Of a stretch of 64,000 bases of DNA, positions 54,528-63,180 are shown in pieces (within the stretch, counting starts at the first letter, position 1; each line of letters starts with the position of its first letter). Under the pieces are notes generated by a model. The model had not been told where the DNA came from. It saw nothing but the letters and a program-made list of their open reading frames with translations, and did no database searches. A program made the translations under genes and the position numbers. The stretch is from positions 1,966 to 65,965 of the forward strand of contig CAZGWR010000014.1 of the NCBI GenBank assembly GCA_964529505.1, read 5' to 3'. The stretch comes from an uncultured Novosphingobium sp. GTDB taxonomy: Bacteria; Pseudomonadota; Alphaproteobacteria; Sphingomonadales; Sphingomonadaceae.

Positions 54528-55603
54528 GCGCGGATGCGCCCGGGTTTGGTGCCGGCCTCGCGCGGCGGGTCAGCGGCTGGATGGGGCGCAGCACCGCGCA
54601 GGCGGTCGCCGCCACCGAAAGCGCCGCGCTGCGCTCGGACCGGTTCCGGCTCGAGCGCGAGGCCGACTGGCGGCGGCTGGAAGCCATCGTCGTGCGGATC
54701 GAGGCCGGCCGGCTGCGCGCGGTTTCGGACGACGATCTGCAAGCCCTGCCCGTGCTTTACCGCAATCTCGCCTCCAGCCTTTCGGTCGCGCGCGAGACCT
54801 CGCTCGACCGCGCGACGCTGTCGTGGCTCGAGGCGCTGGTGCAGCGCGCGTGGTTCATCGTCTATGGCCCGCGCGAGGGCTTGCGCAGCTGGCTGGGCCG
54901 CTTTCTCGGCGGCGGGTGGAGCGCGGCGGTGCGCCGGCTGGGCATCGATCTGGCAATCTCCCTCGGCATCATGGTCACCGGCACGGTGGTGGGCTGGCTG
55001 ATGGTGGCCAGCGATCCGGACTGGTTCTATGCGATCATGCCGGGCGGCGGCGGCGATGTGCGCGTGCCCGGCGCCAGCCGCGCGGCGCTCTATGCCACCT
55101 TGTTCGGCAATCAGGACCAGAATGGGCTGGGCGCGTTCGCCGCTTTCCTGTTCAGCAACAACGCGCAGGTGTCGATCCTCGCCTATGCGCTTGGCTTTGC
55201 GTTCGGCGTGCCCTCGATCCTGCTGCTCATCCACAACACCACCGGGCTGGGCGCGCTGCTCTGGCTCTATCATGGCCAGGGGCTGACGTGGGAGCTGATC
55301 GGCTGGCTTGCGGTGCACGGCACGACCGAACTGTTCGCGATCCTGCTCGCGGGTGCATCGGGCATCCATATCGGCCGCGCGATGGCCTTTCCGGGGCAGA
55401 TGGCGGTGCTCGATGCAGCGGCCATCGCTGGGCGGCGTACCGCGCTGGTGATGGCCGGGGTGGTGCTGATGCTGATCGCGGCGGGGCTGCTCGAAGGTTT
55501 TGCCCGGCAATTGATCGACAACACCGGCGGGCGGCTGGCCATCGGCGGGTTCATGCTGGCGTTCTGGTGCGTCTACTTCTTCGCATGGCGGCCAAAAGCA
55601 TGA
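54524..55603 (+). CDS. SpoIIM/DUF95-like integral membrane protein
   Basis: The ATG at 54524 overlaps the upstream stop. It is multi-TM, with the AVHGTTELFAILLAGASG motif characteristic of stage II sporulation protein M-like proteins. Confidence 0.75.
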   Translation: MSADAPGFGAGLARRVSGWMGRSTAQAVAATESAALRSDRFRLEREADWRRLEAIVVRIEAGRLRAVSDDDLQALPVLYRNLASSLSVARETSLDRATLSWLEALVQRAWFIVYGPREGLRSWLGRFLGGGWSAAVRRLGIDLAISLGIMVTGTVVGWLMVASDPDWFYAIMPGGGGDVRVPGASRAALYATLFGNQDQNGLGAFAAFLFSNNAQVSILAYALGFAFGVPSILLLIHNTTGLGALLWLYHGQGLTWELIGWLAVHGTTELFAILLAGASGIHIGRAMAFPGQMAVLDAAAIAGRRTALVMAGVVLMLIAAGLLEGFARQLIDNTGGRLAIGGFMLAFWCVYFFAWRPKA

Positions 55604-56619
55604 GCGCGGCGACGGGGCTGGCGCGCGGGTGGAGCCGGATGCGCGGGCGGGCGGCAGCGGTGCCCGGCGCGCCCGTGCTATCCGATGAGGAACGCCGCGC
55701 GCGCACCGTGATCACGCCCGAAGGGGTGCGCCTGCCCGTCACATTGGCCAGCCGGGGCGCGCGCGCCGCGGCGCTGATGATCGATCTGTTCCTGATCGGC
55801 TTCACCATGACCGCGACCACGTTCGTGCTGGTGTGGATGGCGGGCGGGATCGGCATTTCGGAGCGCGATCTGAACACCGGCACGGCGCGCGCGAGCGCGC
55901 TCCAGGCACTGGTGGTGATCTGGCTCATCGCCATGTTCCTGTTTCGCAACGCGTGGTTTCTCTCGTTCGAACTTGGCCCGCGCGGGGCGACGCCGGGCAA
56001 GCGCATGCTGGGCATCCGGGTTGCGGCGCGCGGCGGCGGGATAGGCGCTGAAGCGGGTGGGGGGCGGCTGACCACCGAGGCGGTGATCGCGCGCAATCTG
56101 ATGCGCGACATCGAGCTGTTCATGCCGCTGGTGTTCATCGGCGGCGCGATCGAGGCAGGCAGCGACACCGAACTGGCCGGATGGTCGGGCGCGGTGTGGT
56201 TTGCGGTGTTCGTGCTGTTTCCGTTTCTCAACCGGGATGCCTTGCGCTGCGGCGATGTGATCGCGGGCACCTGGGTGATCGAGGCGCCGCGCCGCAAGCT
56301 GGAGCAGGCGCTCTCGCTGGCCGCCGCCGCGCGCGGCACCAGCGCGGAAACCGGCGCGCAGTACCGCTTTGGCGAGGCGGAACTTGCGGTCTACGGCGAA
56401 TACGAACTGCAAGTGCTCGAGCGCGTGCTGCGCGACAACCGGCCCGAGGCCATGAGCGAAGTGGCCGAGATGATCTGCGCCAAGATCGGCTGGACCGGCG
56501 GCAAAGGCGATGAACGCGCCTTCCTCGAAGCCTACTACACCCAGCTGCGCGCGCGCCTCGAACAAGGCATGCGTTTTGGCCGGCGCAAGGCCAACAAGCA
56601 TACCCCGGGGGGCGGATGA
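55600..56619 (+). CDS. RDD-family membrane protein
   Basis: The ATG at 55600 overlaps the upstream stop. It has TM helices flanking R/D motifs (NLMRDIELF, LNRDALRCGDVIAGTWV) and a soluble C-terminal domain of about 100 aa. Confidence 0.75.
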   Translation: MSAATGLARGWSRMRGRAAAVPGAPVLSDEERRARTVITPEGVRLPVTLASRGARAAALMIDLFLIGFTMTATTFVLVWMAGGIGISERDLNTGTARASALQALVVIWLIAMFLFRNAWFLSFELGPRGATPGKRMLGIRVAARGGGIGAEAGGGRLTTEAVIARNLMRDIELFMPLVFIGGAIEAGSDTELAGWSGAVWFAVFVLFPFLNRDALRCGDVIAGTWVIEAPRRKLEQALSLAAAARGTSAETGAQYRFGEAELAVYGEYELQVLERVLRDNRPEAMSEVAEMICAKIGWTGGKGDERAFLEAYYTQLRARLEQGMRFGRRKANKHTPGGG

Positions 56620-57083
56620 TCGCGGGCTTGGAGATCGCGGAAGACGACCTTTCGGGCGATGACATCCGCGCGCTGGTGGCGCTGCACCTTGCCGGCATGC
56701 ATGCCGAAAGCCCCGCCGACAAAGTCCACGCCCTGCCCTTGGACAAACTGCGCCAGCCCGGTGTGACCTTCTATGCCGCGCGCGTGCACGGCGAAGTGGC
56801 GGCCATGGGCGCGATCAAACACCTCGATGAAACCCACGGCGAACTCAAATCCATGCGCGCCGCCCCGGCATGGCGGGGCAAAGGCGTGGGCGAGGCGATG
56901 CTGGTGCACTTGCTCGCGGTGGCGCGAGAGCGGGGGTATGCGCGCGTGAGTTTGGAGACGGGCCGGACCGAGGCGTTTGCGGCGGCGGCGGGGCTGTATC
57001 GCAAGTACGGCTTTGTGGAGTGCGAGGCGTTTGCGGACTATGTGGTCGATGAATTCAGCAGGTGCATGACGCTCGCGCTCTAA
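56616..57083 (+). CDS. GNAT-family N-acetyltransferase
   Basis: 155-aa ORF whose ATG overlaps the RDD stop (ATGA). WRGKGVGEAMLVHLLAVARERGY...LYRKYGF. Confidence 0.85.
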   Translation: MIAGLEIAEDDLSGDDIRALVALHLAGMHAESPADKVHALPLDKLRQPGVTFYAARVHGEVAAMGAIKHLDETHGELKSMRAAPAWRGKGVGEAMLVHLLAVARERGYARVSLETGRTEAFAAAAGLYRKYGFVECEAFADYVVDEFSRCMTLAL

Positions 57084-57165
57084 ATAATGCAGCTGGGGGA
57101 AAATGACTTTGCGTTGTTAAACCGTAATTTTTGTAGTGTGTAAATATTTCCTCACGGTCAAGTCA

Positions 57166-58077
57166 CTAACGGCTTGAACCTTTATCGACAAGCGACGGCA
57201 CTAATGTTAGTTTGGAATCGGCGTTAGGGACAATATATATTGAAGTTTCTTCATTTTCTTCTCGGACCATTACGATTCGGCCATGGAAATCACCTGTTCC
57301 AAACTCAGCCGTGGCAAAGTCGTACCCCCTGAGGTTCCCAGCGTAGCGATGGAGAGTGAGTGGGATAACTTGCTTCTGGCCAGTAAATTGAAGGCGGGCT
57401 TCCACCAGCGATACGGAATGAATCGCCCCATCATCAGCCTTCATTGTCCAACCAGGCGTTTGCATCGAAAGACGAAAGTTGCGGGTGACTCCAACTGCGG
57501 CCTCAGGATCGGGTGCTAAAGGAACGTAGGACTGCGCGATCATTGAAAGACGCTGCAGCGAAATAGAATTGCCGGACTCATCGAACAAAGCACCAACGTT
57601 GTCGGTGGGTTCACCTTCCAGAATGACTAGCAAGTCGATGGCATCGTAGAGTCGGCCATATTGGATGACCTCCCCCATTTCCAACCACGGGAATGAAGCT
57701 ATGTCCTCCAGCCCCATGCATTGTATGGAGAGGCTTTCGGCTTTTGCGCGGGCCGACTGCGTGAAGCCCGTAGATGAGACCAATACTCCGTGGTGGACGC
57801 CGGTCGCGCTGCACTTGTGCGCAAAGGCTTCAACAGCAGGCACACCGACAGGACGACTCCTATCCCTACATTCAAGCGCTGTCAGAGTGCGGTGGTGCCC
57901 TCGGTCCCAAGTGATGACGATGTCATGTTCACGTGACCTGCCAGTATCTCTGTCGCGGAGCCGTCGACAGGGAGCTTCAATCTGCACATTACCGCCTCCT
58001 CCCCACAGCGCCTTTTCAAGCGCAGCGACAATCTGCTCTAGTTGTTTCCCCGGCTTCGTCATAATTAAAGCTAACAT
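57166..58077 (-). CDS. PD-(D/E)xK (Mrr_cat-like restriction-endonuclease fold) N-terminal domain fused to an unknown ~180-aa C-terminal domain
   Basis: 303-aa ORF in a low-G+C pocket. The N-terminus is KPGKQLEQIVAALEKAL...REHDIVITW...LTALECRDRSRPVGVPAVEAFAHKC...GVLVSSTGFTQSARAKAESLSI, matching the E...D...ExK(R) core and the characteristic S-x-GFT helper motif. The C-terminal half is unrecognised. Confidence 0.65.
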   Translation of the reverse strand: MLALIMTKPGKQLEQIVAALEKALWGGGGNVQIEAPCRRLRDRDTGRSREHDIVITWDRGHHRTLTALECRDRSRPVGVPAVEAFAHKCSATGVHHGVLVSSTGFTQSARAKAESLSIQCMGLEDIASFPWLEMGEVIQYGRLYDAIDLLVILEGEPTDNVGALFDESGNSISLQRLSMIAQSYVPLAPDPEAAVGVTRNFRLSMQTPGWTMKADDGAIHSVSLVEARLQFTGQKQVIPLTLHRYAGNLRGYDFATAEFGTGDFHGRIVMVREENEETSIYIVPNADSKLTLVPSLVDKGSSR

Positions 58078-58186
58078 GGGGATTTCAAATCACCCAGTGG
58101 GACACGGTGGAGAATCCGCAACTCTGAATTCGCGAAGATAGAGATGGCTGGGATGCAAGGGCGATGGCCCTTGCCTGCCGGAGGCA

Positions 58187-58219
58187 AAAACAAAAAAGGC
58201 CCCGCCGGGGCAGGGCCTT
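58187..58219 (-). terminator. Rho-independent terminator of etfA
   Basis: On the minus strand, AAGGCCC-(loop)-GGGCCTT is followed by TTTTGTTTTTG. Confidence 0.7.
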
Positions 58220-58245
58220 CTTGTATTCCATGGCAAACAGTCAGC

Positions 58246-59178
58246 TCAAAGCGCCCCGGTCAGCTCCGGCACCAGCGTGAACAGGTCGCCGACGAGGCCG
58301 ATGTCGGCCACCTGGAAGATCGGGGCGTCTTCGTCCTTGTTGATGGCGATGATGGTCTTGCTGTCCTTCATGCCCGCGAGGTGCTGGATCGCGCCCGAGA
58401 TGCCGACCGCGATGTAGACTTGCGGCGCGACGATCTTGCCGGTCTGGCCGACCTGGTAGTCGTTGGGCACAAAGCCCGCGTCAACCGCCGCGCGGCTCGC
58501 GCCGATGCCCGCGCCCAGCTTGTCGGCGAGCGGGGTGATGACCGAAGCGAAGGTTTCGGCATCCTTGAGCGCGCGGCCGCCCGAGACGATGATCTTCGCG
58601 CTGGTGAGTTCGGGGCGCTCGCTCTTGGCGATTTCAGAGCCCACGAAAGTGCTCAGGCCCGAATCGGCATGGACGCCGACCGTTTCGATCGGGGCCGAAC
58701 CGCCGGTGGCCGCGGCCTTGGCAAAGGCGGTGCCGCGCACGGTGATGACCAGCTTGGCATCGCTCGATTCGACCGTGGCGATAGCGTTGCCGGCATAGAT
58801 CGGGCGGGTGAAAGTCTTGGGCCCTTCGACCGAAAGGATATCCGAGACCTGCATCACATCAAGCAGCGCGGCGACGCGCGGGGCGATGTTCTTGCCCGAA
58901 GTGGTGGCGGGCACAACGAACGCGTCGTAATCGGCCATCAGCCCTGCGACGAGCGGCGCGATGTTTTCGGCCAGCGCATGGGCATAGGCGGCATCGTCGG
59001 CCTTGAGCACTTTGCTCACGCCTTCGATCTGCGCTGCGGCAGCGGCGGCGCCGTCGCAGCCGGACCCGGCAACGAGCGCGGTGACTTCGCCGATCGCGGC
59101 GGCGGCAGTGACCACGGCAAGCGTGGCATCCTTGACCGAGGTGTTATCGTGCTCGACCAGAACAAGTGTCTTTGACAT
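58246..59178 (-). CDS. etfA: Electron transfer flavoprotein alpha subunit
   Basis: 310-aa ORF with [12 protein letters not shown] at the start and the FAD-binding C-terminus [33 protein letters not shown]. Confidence 0.93.
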   Translation of the reverse strand: MSKTLVLVEHDNTSVKDATLAVVTAAAAIGEVTALVAGSGCDGAAAAAAQIEGVSKVLKADDAAYAHALAENIAPLVAGLMADYDAFVVPATTSGKNIAPRVAALLDVMQVSDILSVEGPKTFTRPIYAGNAIATVESSDAKLVITVRGTAFAKAAATGGSAPIETVGVHADSGLSTFVGSEIAKSERPELTSAKIIVSGGRALKDAETFASVITPLADKLGAGIGASRAAVDAGFVPNDYQVGQTGKIVAPQVYIAVGISGAIQHLAGMKDSKTIIAINKDEDAPIFQVADIGLVGDLFTLVPELTGAL

Positions 59179-59211
59179 GGATTTTATCCTTTTGAACGAG
59201 GCACATCGCGC

Positions 59212-59961
59212 TCAGGCGACGACACCCATTTCCTTGAGCTTGGCGACCAGCGTGGCAACATCGGGAACCTTGATCCCGGCGCTGCGCACCGGCGGTTCGG
59301 TCACTTTGAGCGTCTTGAGGCGCGGCGCGGTATCGACGCCATAATCCGCCGGGGTCTTGTTCGCGAGCGGCTTCGACTTGGCCTTCATGATATTGGGCAG
59401 CGAGGCGTAGCGCGGCTCATTGATCCGCAGATCGACAGTGACGATCGCCGGGAGCGCAAGCTTCACGGTCTCGAGCCCGCCATCGATATCGCGCTTCACC
59501 ACGATCGAATCGCCTTCGACGGTCACTTCGCTGGCAAAAGTGCCTTGCGGGCGGCCGAGCAGCGCGGCGACCATCTGACCAACCTGGTTGCTGTCGTCAT
59601 CGATCGCCTGCTTGCCGGTGATGATCAGCCCGAGGGCCTCTTCGCCCGCGATGGCAGCGATGATCTTGGCCACGGCGAGCGGCTCGACCGTGTCGTCGGT
59701 CATCACCAGGATCGCGCGGTCTGCGCCCATGGCAAGCGCGGTGCGCAAGGTTTCCTGCGCCTTCTGCGGGCCGACCGACACAGCCACGATTTCGGTCACC
59801 ACGCCCTTTTCCTTCAGGCGAATGGCTTCTTCGACCGCGATCTCGTCGAACGGGTTCATGCTCATTTTCACATTGGCGAGATCGACGCCCGTGCCATCCG
59901 CCTTCACGCGCGGCTTCACGTTGTAATCGATCACGCGCTTCACGCAGACCAGAGCTTTCAT
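59212..59961 (-). CDS. etfB: Electron transfer flavoprotein beta subunit
   Basis: ORF 59212..59985 trimmed to [20 protein letters not shown]. Confidence 0.93.
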   Translation of the reverse strand: MKALVCVKRVIDYNVKPRVKADGTGVDLANVKMSMNPFDEIAVEEAIRLKEKGVVTEIVAVSVGPQKAQETLRTALAMGADRAILVMTDDTVEPLAVAKIIAAIAGEEALGLIITGKQAIDDDSNQVGQMVAALLGRPQGTFASEVTVEGDSIVVKRDIDGGLETVKLALPAIVTVDLRINEPRYASLPNIMKAKSKPLANKTPADYGVDTAPRLKTLKVTEPPVRSAGIKVPDVATLVAKLKEMGVVA

Positions 59962-60041
59962 CAGGGTGGGCCTTTCCTCAACCAACTAGGGCGCGCTTAA
60001 TTCACGCTTACGTTAACGTCAACATCACAACTGCTAATCCG

Positions 60042-62063
60042 TCATGCCATTTCGAGGATGATGGCATCAACCGCAAGGCTGTCACCTGCCTTTGCGTTCA
60101 CTGCCTTCACCGTACCCGATTTTTCGGCGCGGAGGATGTTTTCCATCTTCATCGCCTCGACCACCGCGAGCGGTTGCCCGGCCTCGACCGTGTCGCCCTC
60201 GCCGACATGGAGCGCGACCAAAAGGCCGGGCATCGGGCAGATCAGATACTTCGAGAGATCCGGCGGGATCTTTTCGATCATGTGCGCGGTGAGCGGCGCG
60301 ATACGCGCGGGCAGGACATGCACTTCGTGGATATGGCCGCGCGTGGTCAGCTTGAAGCCGGTGCGCCACGCCTCGACTTTGACCGTGAGCGGCTTGCCAT
60401 CGACTTCGGCCATCACGACGCGGTCGCCGGGCGTGTATTCTAGCGCGAGATCGATGAATTCGCCATCGACGGTGATGTCATCCTCGTCGACCGAGACGGC
60501 ATAGGCGTGCCCGGCGATGCGCACCGACCAGTCGGCGGGCGGAGCGAGCTCGGCGCCCAATTGCCCATCGACCCGGCGCGCGCGGTCCGAGCGCGCGGCC
60601 GAGAGAAAGCCCGCGAGCGCAGCCAGCGAGCGCAGGAGTTCGGGCGATGTCGCCGCGCCGTGGAATCCGTCGGGGTATTCTTCGGCGATGAAGCCGGTGG
60701 TGAGCTCGCCAGAGCGGAAGCGCGGGTGCTGCATGATTGCCGAAACGAAATCGATATTGTGGCCCAGCCCCTCGATCTCGAAGGCATCGAGCGCCTCGAT
60801 CTGCTTGTCCGCCGCTTCGCCCCGCGTCGCGCCCCAGGTCACCAGCTTGGCGATCATCGGGTCGTAAAACATCGAAACCTCGCCGCCTTCGTAGACGCCG
60901 TCGTCCACGCGCACGCCGTCGACACCGCGCCGCCCATTGGCCGCGCCATCGTCGGTCCAGCCTTCCACCGGGGGATCATAGCGCACCAGCCGCCCGGTGC
61001 TCGGCAGGAACCCGCGGTAGGGGTCTTCGGCATAGACGCGGTTTTCGATCGCCCAGCCGTCGATGCCGATATCGGCTTGCGTGAACGCCAGCTTCTCGCC
61101 CGCCGCGACGCGGATCATCTGCTCGACCAGATCGATGCCGGTGATCGCCTCGGTGACAGGGTGCTCCACCTGCAGGCGGGTGTTCATTTCGAGGAAATAG
61201 AAGCTCTCGCCCGTGGGGTCCGCTCCGCTGACGATCAGTTCCACCGTGCCCGCCGAGTAGTATCCCACCGCGCGGGAGAGCGCGACGCACTGCTCGCCCA
61301 TGGCCTTGCGCATCTTGGGCGTGACGAACGGCGAGGGCGCTTCCTCCACCACCTTCTGGTGGCGGCGCTGGATCGAGCATTCGCGCTCGTTGAGGTAGAG
61401 GATGTTGCCGTGCTGATCGCCGAGAATCTGGATCTCGATGTGGCGCGGGTTCAGAATGAACTTCTCGATGAACACGCGGTCGTCGCCGAACGAGTTCAGC
61501 CCCTCGCGCTTGGTCGCCTCGAAGCCTTCGCGCACATCCTTTTCCGAGTACGCCAGCCGCATGCCTTTGCCGCCGCCGCCCGCCGAGGCCTTCATCATCA
61601 CCGGATAGCCGATTTCTTCCGAAATCCGCACCGCATGCTCGGTATCCTCGATCTCGCCGACAAAGCCGGGGACGACATTGACGCCGGCCTTGAGCGCCAG
61701 CTTCTTCGATTCGATCTTGTCGCCCATCGCGGCAATCGCGTTCACCGGTGGGCCGACAAAGGCGATGCCCTCGGCGGCCAGCGCCTCGGCAAAGGAGGTG
61801 CGCTCCGAGAGGAAGCCATAGCCCGGATGCACCGCATCAGCCCCGGTGGCCTTGCACGCCGCGATGATCTTGTCGGCCAGCAGATAGCTCTGCGCGGCAG
61901 GCGCCGGGCCGATATGCACCGCCTCATCCGCCATGCGCACAAACGGCGCACGCGCATCGGCATCGGAATAGACCGCCACCGTGGCAATACCCATCCGGCG
62001 CGCAGTCTTGATCACCCGGCAAGCAATTTCGCCGCGATTGGCGATGAGAATTTTCTTGAACAT
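60042..62063 (-). CDS. pccA: Propionyl-CoA carboxylase alpha (biotin carboxylase plus BCCP) subunit
   Basis: 673-aa ORF with MFKKILIANRGEIACRVIKTARRMGI at the start, an ATP-grasp body and the C-terminal biotinylation motif EAMKMEN. It is close to the alphaproteobacterial PccA sequences I remember. MccA cannot be formally excluded. Confidence 0.85.
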   Translation of the reverse strand: MFKKILIANRGEIACRVIKTARRMGIATVAVYSDADARAPFVRMADEAVHIGPAPAAQSYLLADKIIAACKATGADAVHPGYGFLSERTSFAEALAAEGIAFVGPPVNAIAAMGDKIESKKLALKAGVNVVPGFVGEIEDTEHAVRISEEIGYPVMMKASAGGGGKGMRLAYSEKDVREGFEATKREGLNSFGDDRVFIEKFILNPRHIEIQILGDQHGNILYLNERECSIQRRHQKVVEEAPSPFVTPKMRKAMGEQCVALSRAVGYYSAGTVELIVSGADPTGESFYFLEMNTRLQVEHPVTEAITGIDLVEQMIRVAAGEKLAFTQADIGIDGWAIENRVYAEDPYRGFLPSTGRLVRYDPPVEGWTDDGAANGRRGVDGVRVDDGVYEGGEVSMFYDPMIAKLVTWGATRGEAADKQIEALDAFEIEGLGHNIDFVSAIMQHPRFRSGELTTGFIAEEYPDGFHGAATSPELLRSLAALAGFLSAARSDRARRVDGQLGAELAPPADWSVRIAGHAYAVSVDEDDITVDGEFIDLALEYTPGDRVVMAEVDGKPLTVKVEAWRTGFKLTTRGHIHEVHVLPARIAPLTAHMIEKIPPDLSKYLICPMPGLLVALHVGEGDTVEAGQPLAVVEAMKMENILRAEKSGTVKAVNAKAGDSLAVDAIILEMA

Positions 62064-62065
62064 TC

Positions 62066-62317
62066 TTATTCCTTCTCAGGCTTTGCTGCCCGCAGCACCG
62101 AAGCAATCCGGATCAGGTCGATAGTAAAGATCAGCACAAACAGTCCGAGATAAATCTGGGCGGCTGGAGCGAAGCATTCTGCCCACAAGCCAGAGCGTGA
62201 TTCCTGCAGCTTGCAGCTCGTTTCCAGCGCGTTGAGCAATGACCAGAGTGTTGCTCCCAGAAGAACCCACATCAGCAGGCTGGTCAAAATGAACGACATG
62301 CGACGACGCCCGCTCAT
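62066..62317 (-). CDS. Hypothetical small membrane protein
   Basis: 83-aa ORF (or 77 aa from MSFILTS at 62299) with two predicted TM helices. G+C is lower than in the flanks. Its stop lies 2 nt upstream of the pccA start. Confidence 0.5.
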   Translation of the reverse strand: MSGRRRMSFILTSLLMWVLLGATLWSLLNALETSCKLQESRSGLWAECFAPAAQIYLGLFVLIFTIDLIRIASVLRAAKPEKE

Positions 62318-62326
62318 GCCCCCGAA

Positions 62327-62429
62327 CCTTCACCCTTCGTCGCCCCGGACTTGATCCGGGGCTTGGCTTCTTGCCGCCAGCCAAAGGCAGCCGAACCCCG
62401 GGTCAAGCCCGGGGTGACGGTGAGGAAGG
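62327..62429. repeat. Inverted-repeat element with GCCCCGGACTTGATCCGGGGC-type hairpins
   Basis: CCTTCACCCTTCGTCGCCCCGGACTTGATCCGGGG faces CCCCGGGTCAAGCCCGGGGTGACGGTGAGGAAGG. Each arm is itself a hairpin. Confidence 0.75.
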
Positions 62430-62449
62430 ATGGGCGAGCGAGACACATC

Positions 62450-62845
62450 CTAGCCCACCACTCTCGCCAGTCCGGCATGAGCGAAATCGTCGCCCTTGTA
62501 GAGTAGCGGCTCGCGGCGCTCCATCGCGAGGGCATAGGCGAAGCAATCGCCGAAGTTGAGCCTGGCCGGGTGGCCGCTGCCCTTGCCGAAATCGCGGTAG
62601 GCTTGCCGGGCCATGCGGGCGTGCGAGGCTGTGACGGCGGCAATGTCGATTTCGAGTTCTAGTAGCAAGGAATCAAGTTCCGCGCTGAGCACGGGATCCC
62701 GATCACCGTCGATAACGATACCCGCTTCAAGATAGTTTGCAGCGGACACGGCTGCTCTGCCCGCAGAATAAATCTCATTGGCAAAGGCTTCCGCCTCCGG
62801 CTCCCCCCACAGCATGGCTACGATTGCGGACGTATCGACGATCAC
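62450..62845 (-). CDS. vapC: PIN-domain toxin VapC
   Basis: 131-aa ORF with MIVDTSAIVAMLWGEPEA...NFGDCFAYALA. Confidence 0.88.
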   Translation of the reverse strand: MIVDTSAIVAMLWGEPEAEAFANEIYSAGRAAVSAANYLEAGIVIDGDRDPVLSAELDSLLLELEIDIAAVTASHARMARQAYRDFGKGSGHPARLNFGDCFAYALAMERREPLLYKGDDFAHAGLARVVG

Positions 62846-63081
62846 TTGGGCAAGCCCAATTCATCGTATAGGAGTTCGCCATGGTCGATTGCGCGCAGTT
62901 CGGGGCTCATCCGCGCCGCCGTATTTCGGCAGATCGCCATGACTTTAGCTATCTTCGCCTCTCGGCCAAACTCTCTCTGCCGCGCACGCAAGGCTTCAAG
63001 CACGACCTGCGTCACGCTGGTGCCTTCCATTTTCGCCAGCTCCGCAGCAATCGCAGCAGCCTCTGCGTTCTTGATGTTCAT
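62842..63081 (-). CDS. vapB: VapB-family antitoxin (FitA/RHH-like)
   Basis: ORF 62842..63093 trimmed to MNIKNAEAAAIAAELAKMEGTSVTQVVLEALRAR. It overlaps vapC by 4 nt. Confidence 0.8.
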   Translation of the reverse strand: MNIKNAEAAAIAAELAKMEGTSVTQVVLEALRARQREFGREAKIAKVMAICRNTAARMSPELRAIDHGELLYDELGLPK

Positions 63082-63100
63082 CTGCGCGCCCATGAGCCTA

Positions 63101-63135
63101 CCTTTCTACCACGCGGGCGCATGATAGTAGAAAGG
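63101..63135. promoter_or_regulatory. 9-bp inverted repeat CCTTTCTAC...GTAGAAAGG upstream of vapB (candidate operator)
   Basis: Read directly. It lies 20-55 bp upstream of the vapB start and also just downstream of metY. Confidence 0.3.
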
Positions 63136-63180
63136 CCCCAGCTCCGCAATCAACGGTCACAATAGCCAGCCGCCCGATCC

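Noticed and set aside
60507-62153. 548-aa plus-strand ORF.
   Set aside because: It is an antisense shadow of pccA.
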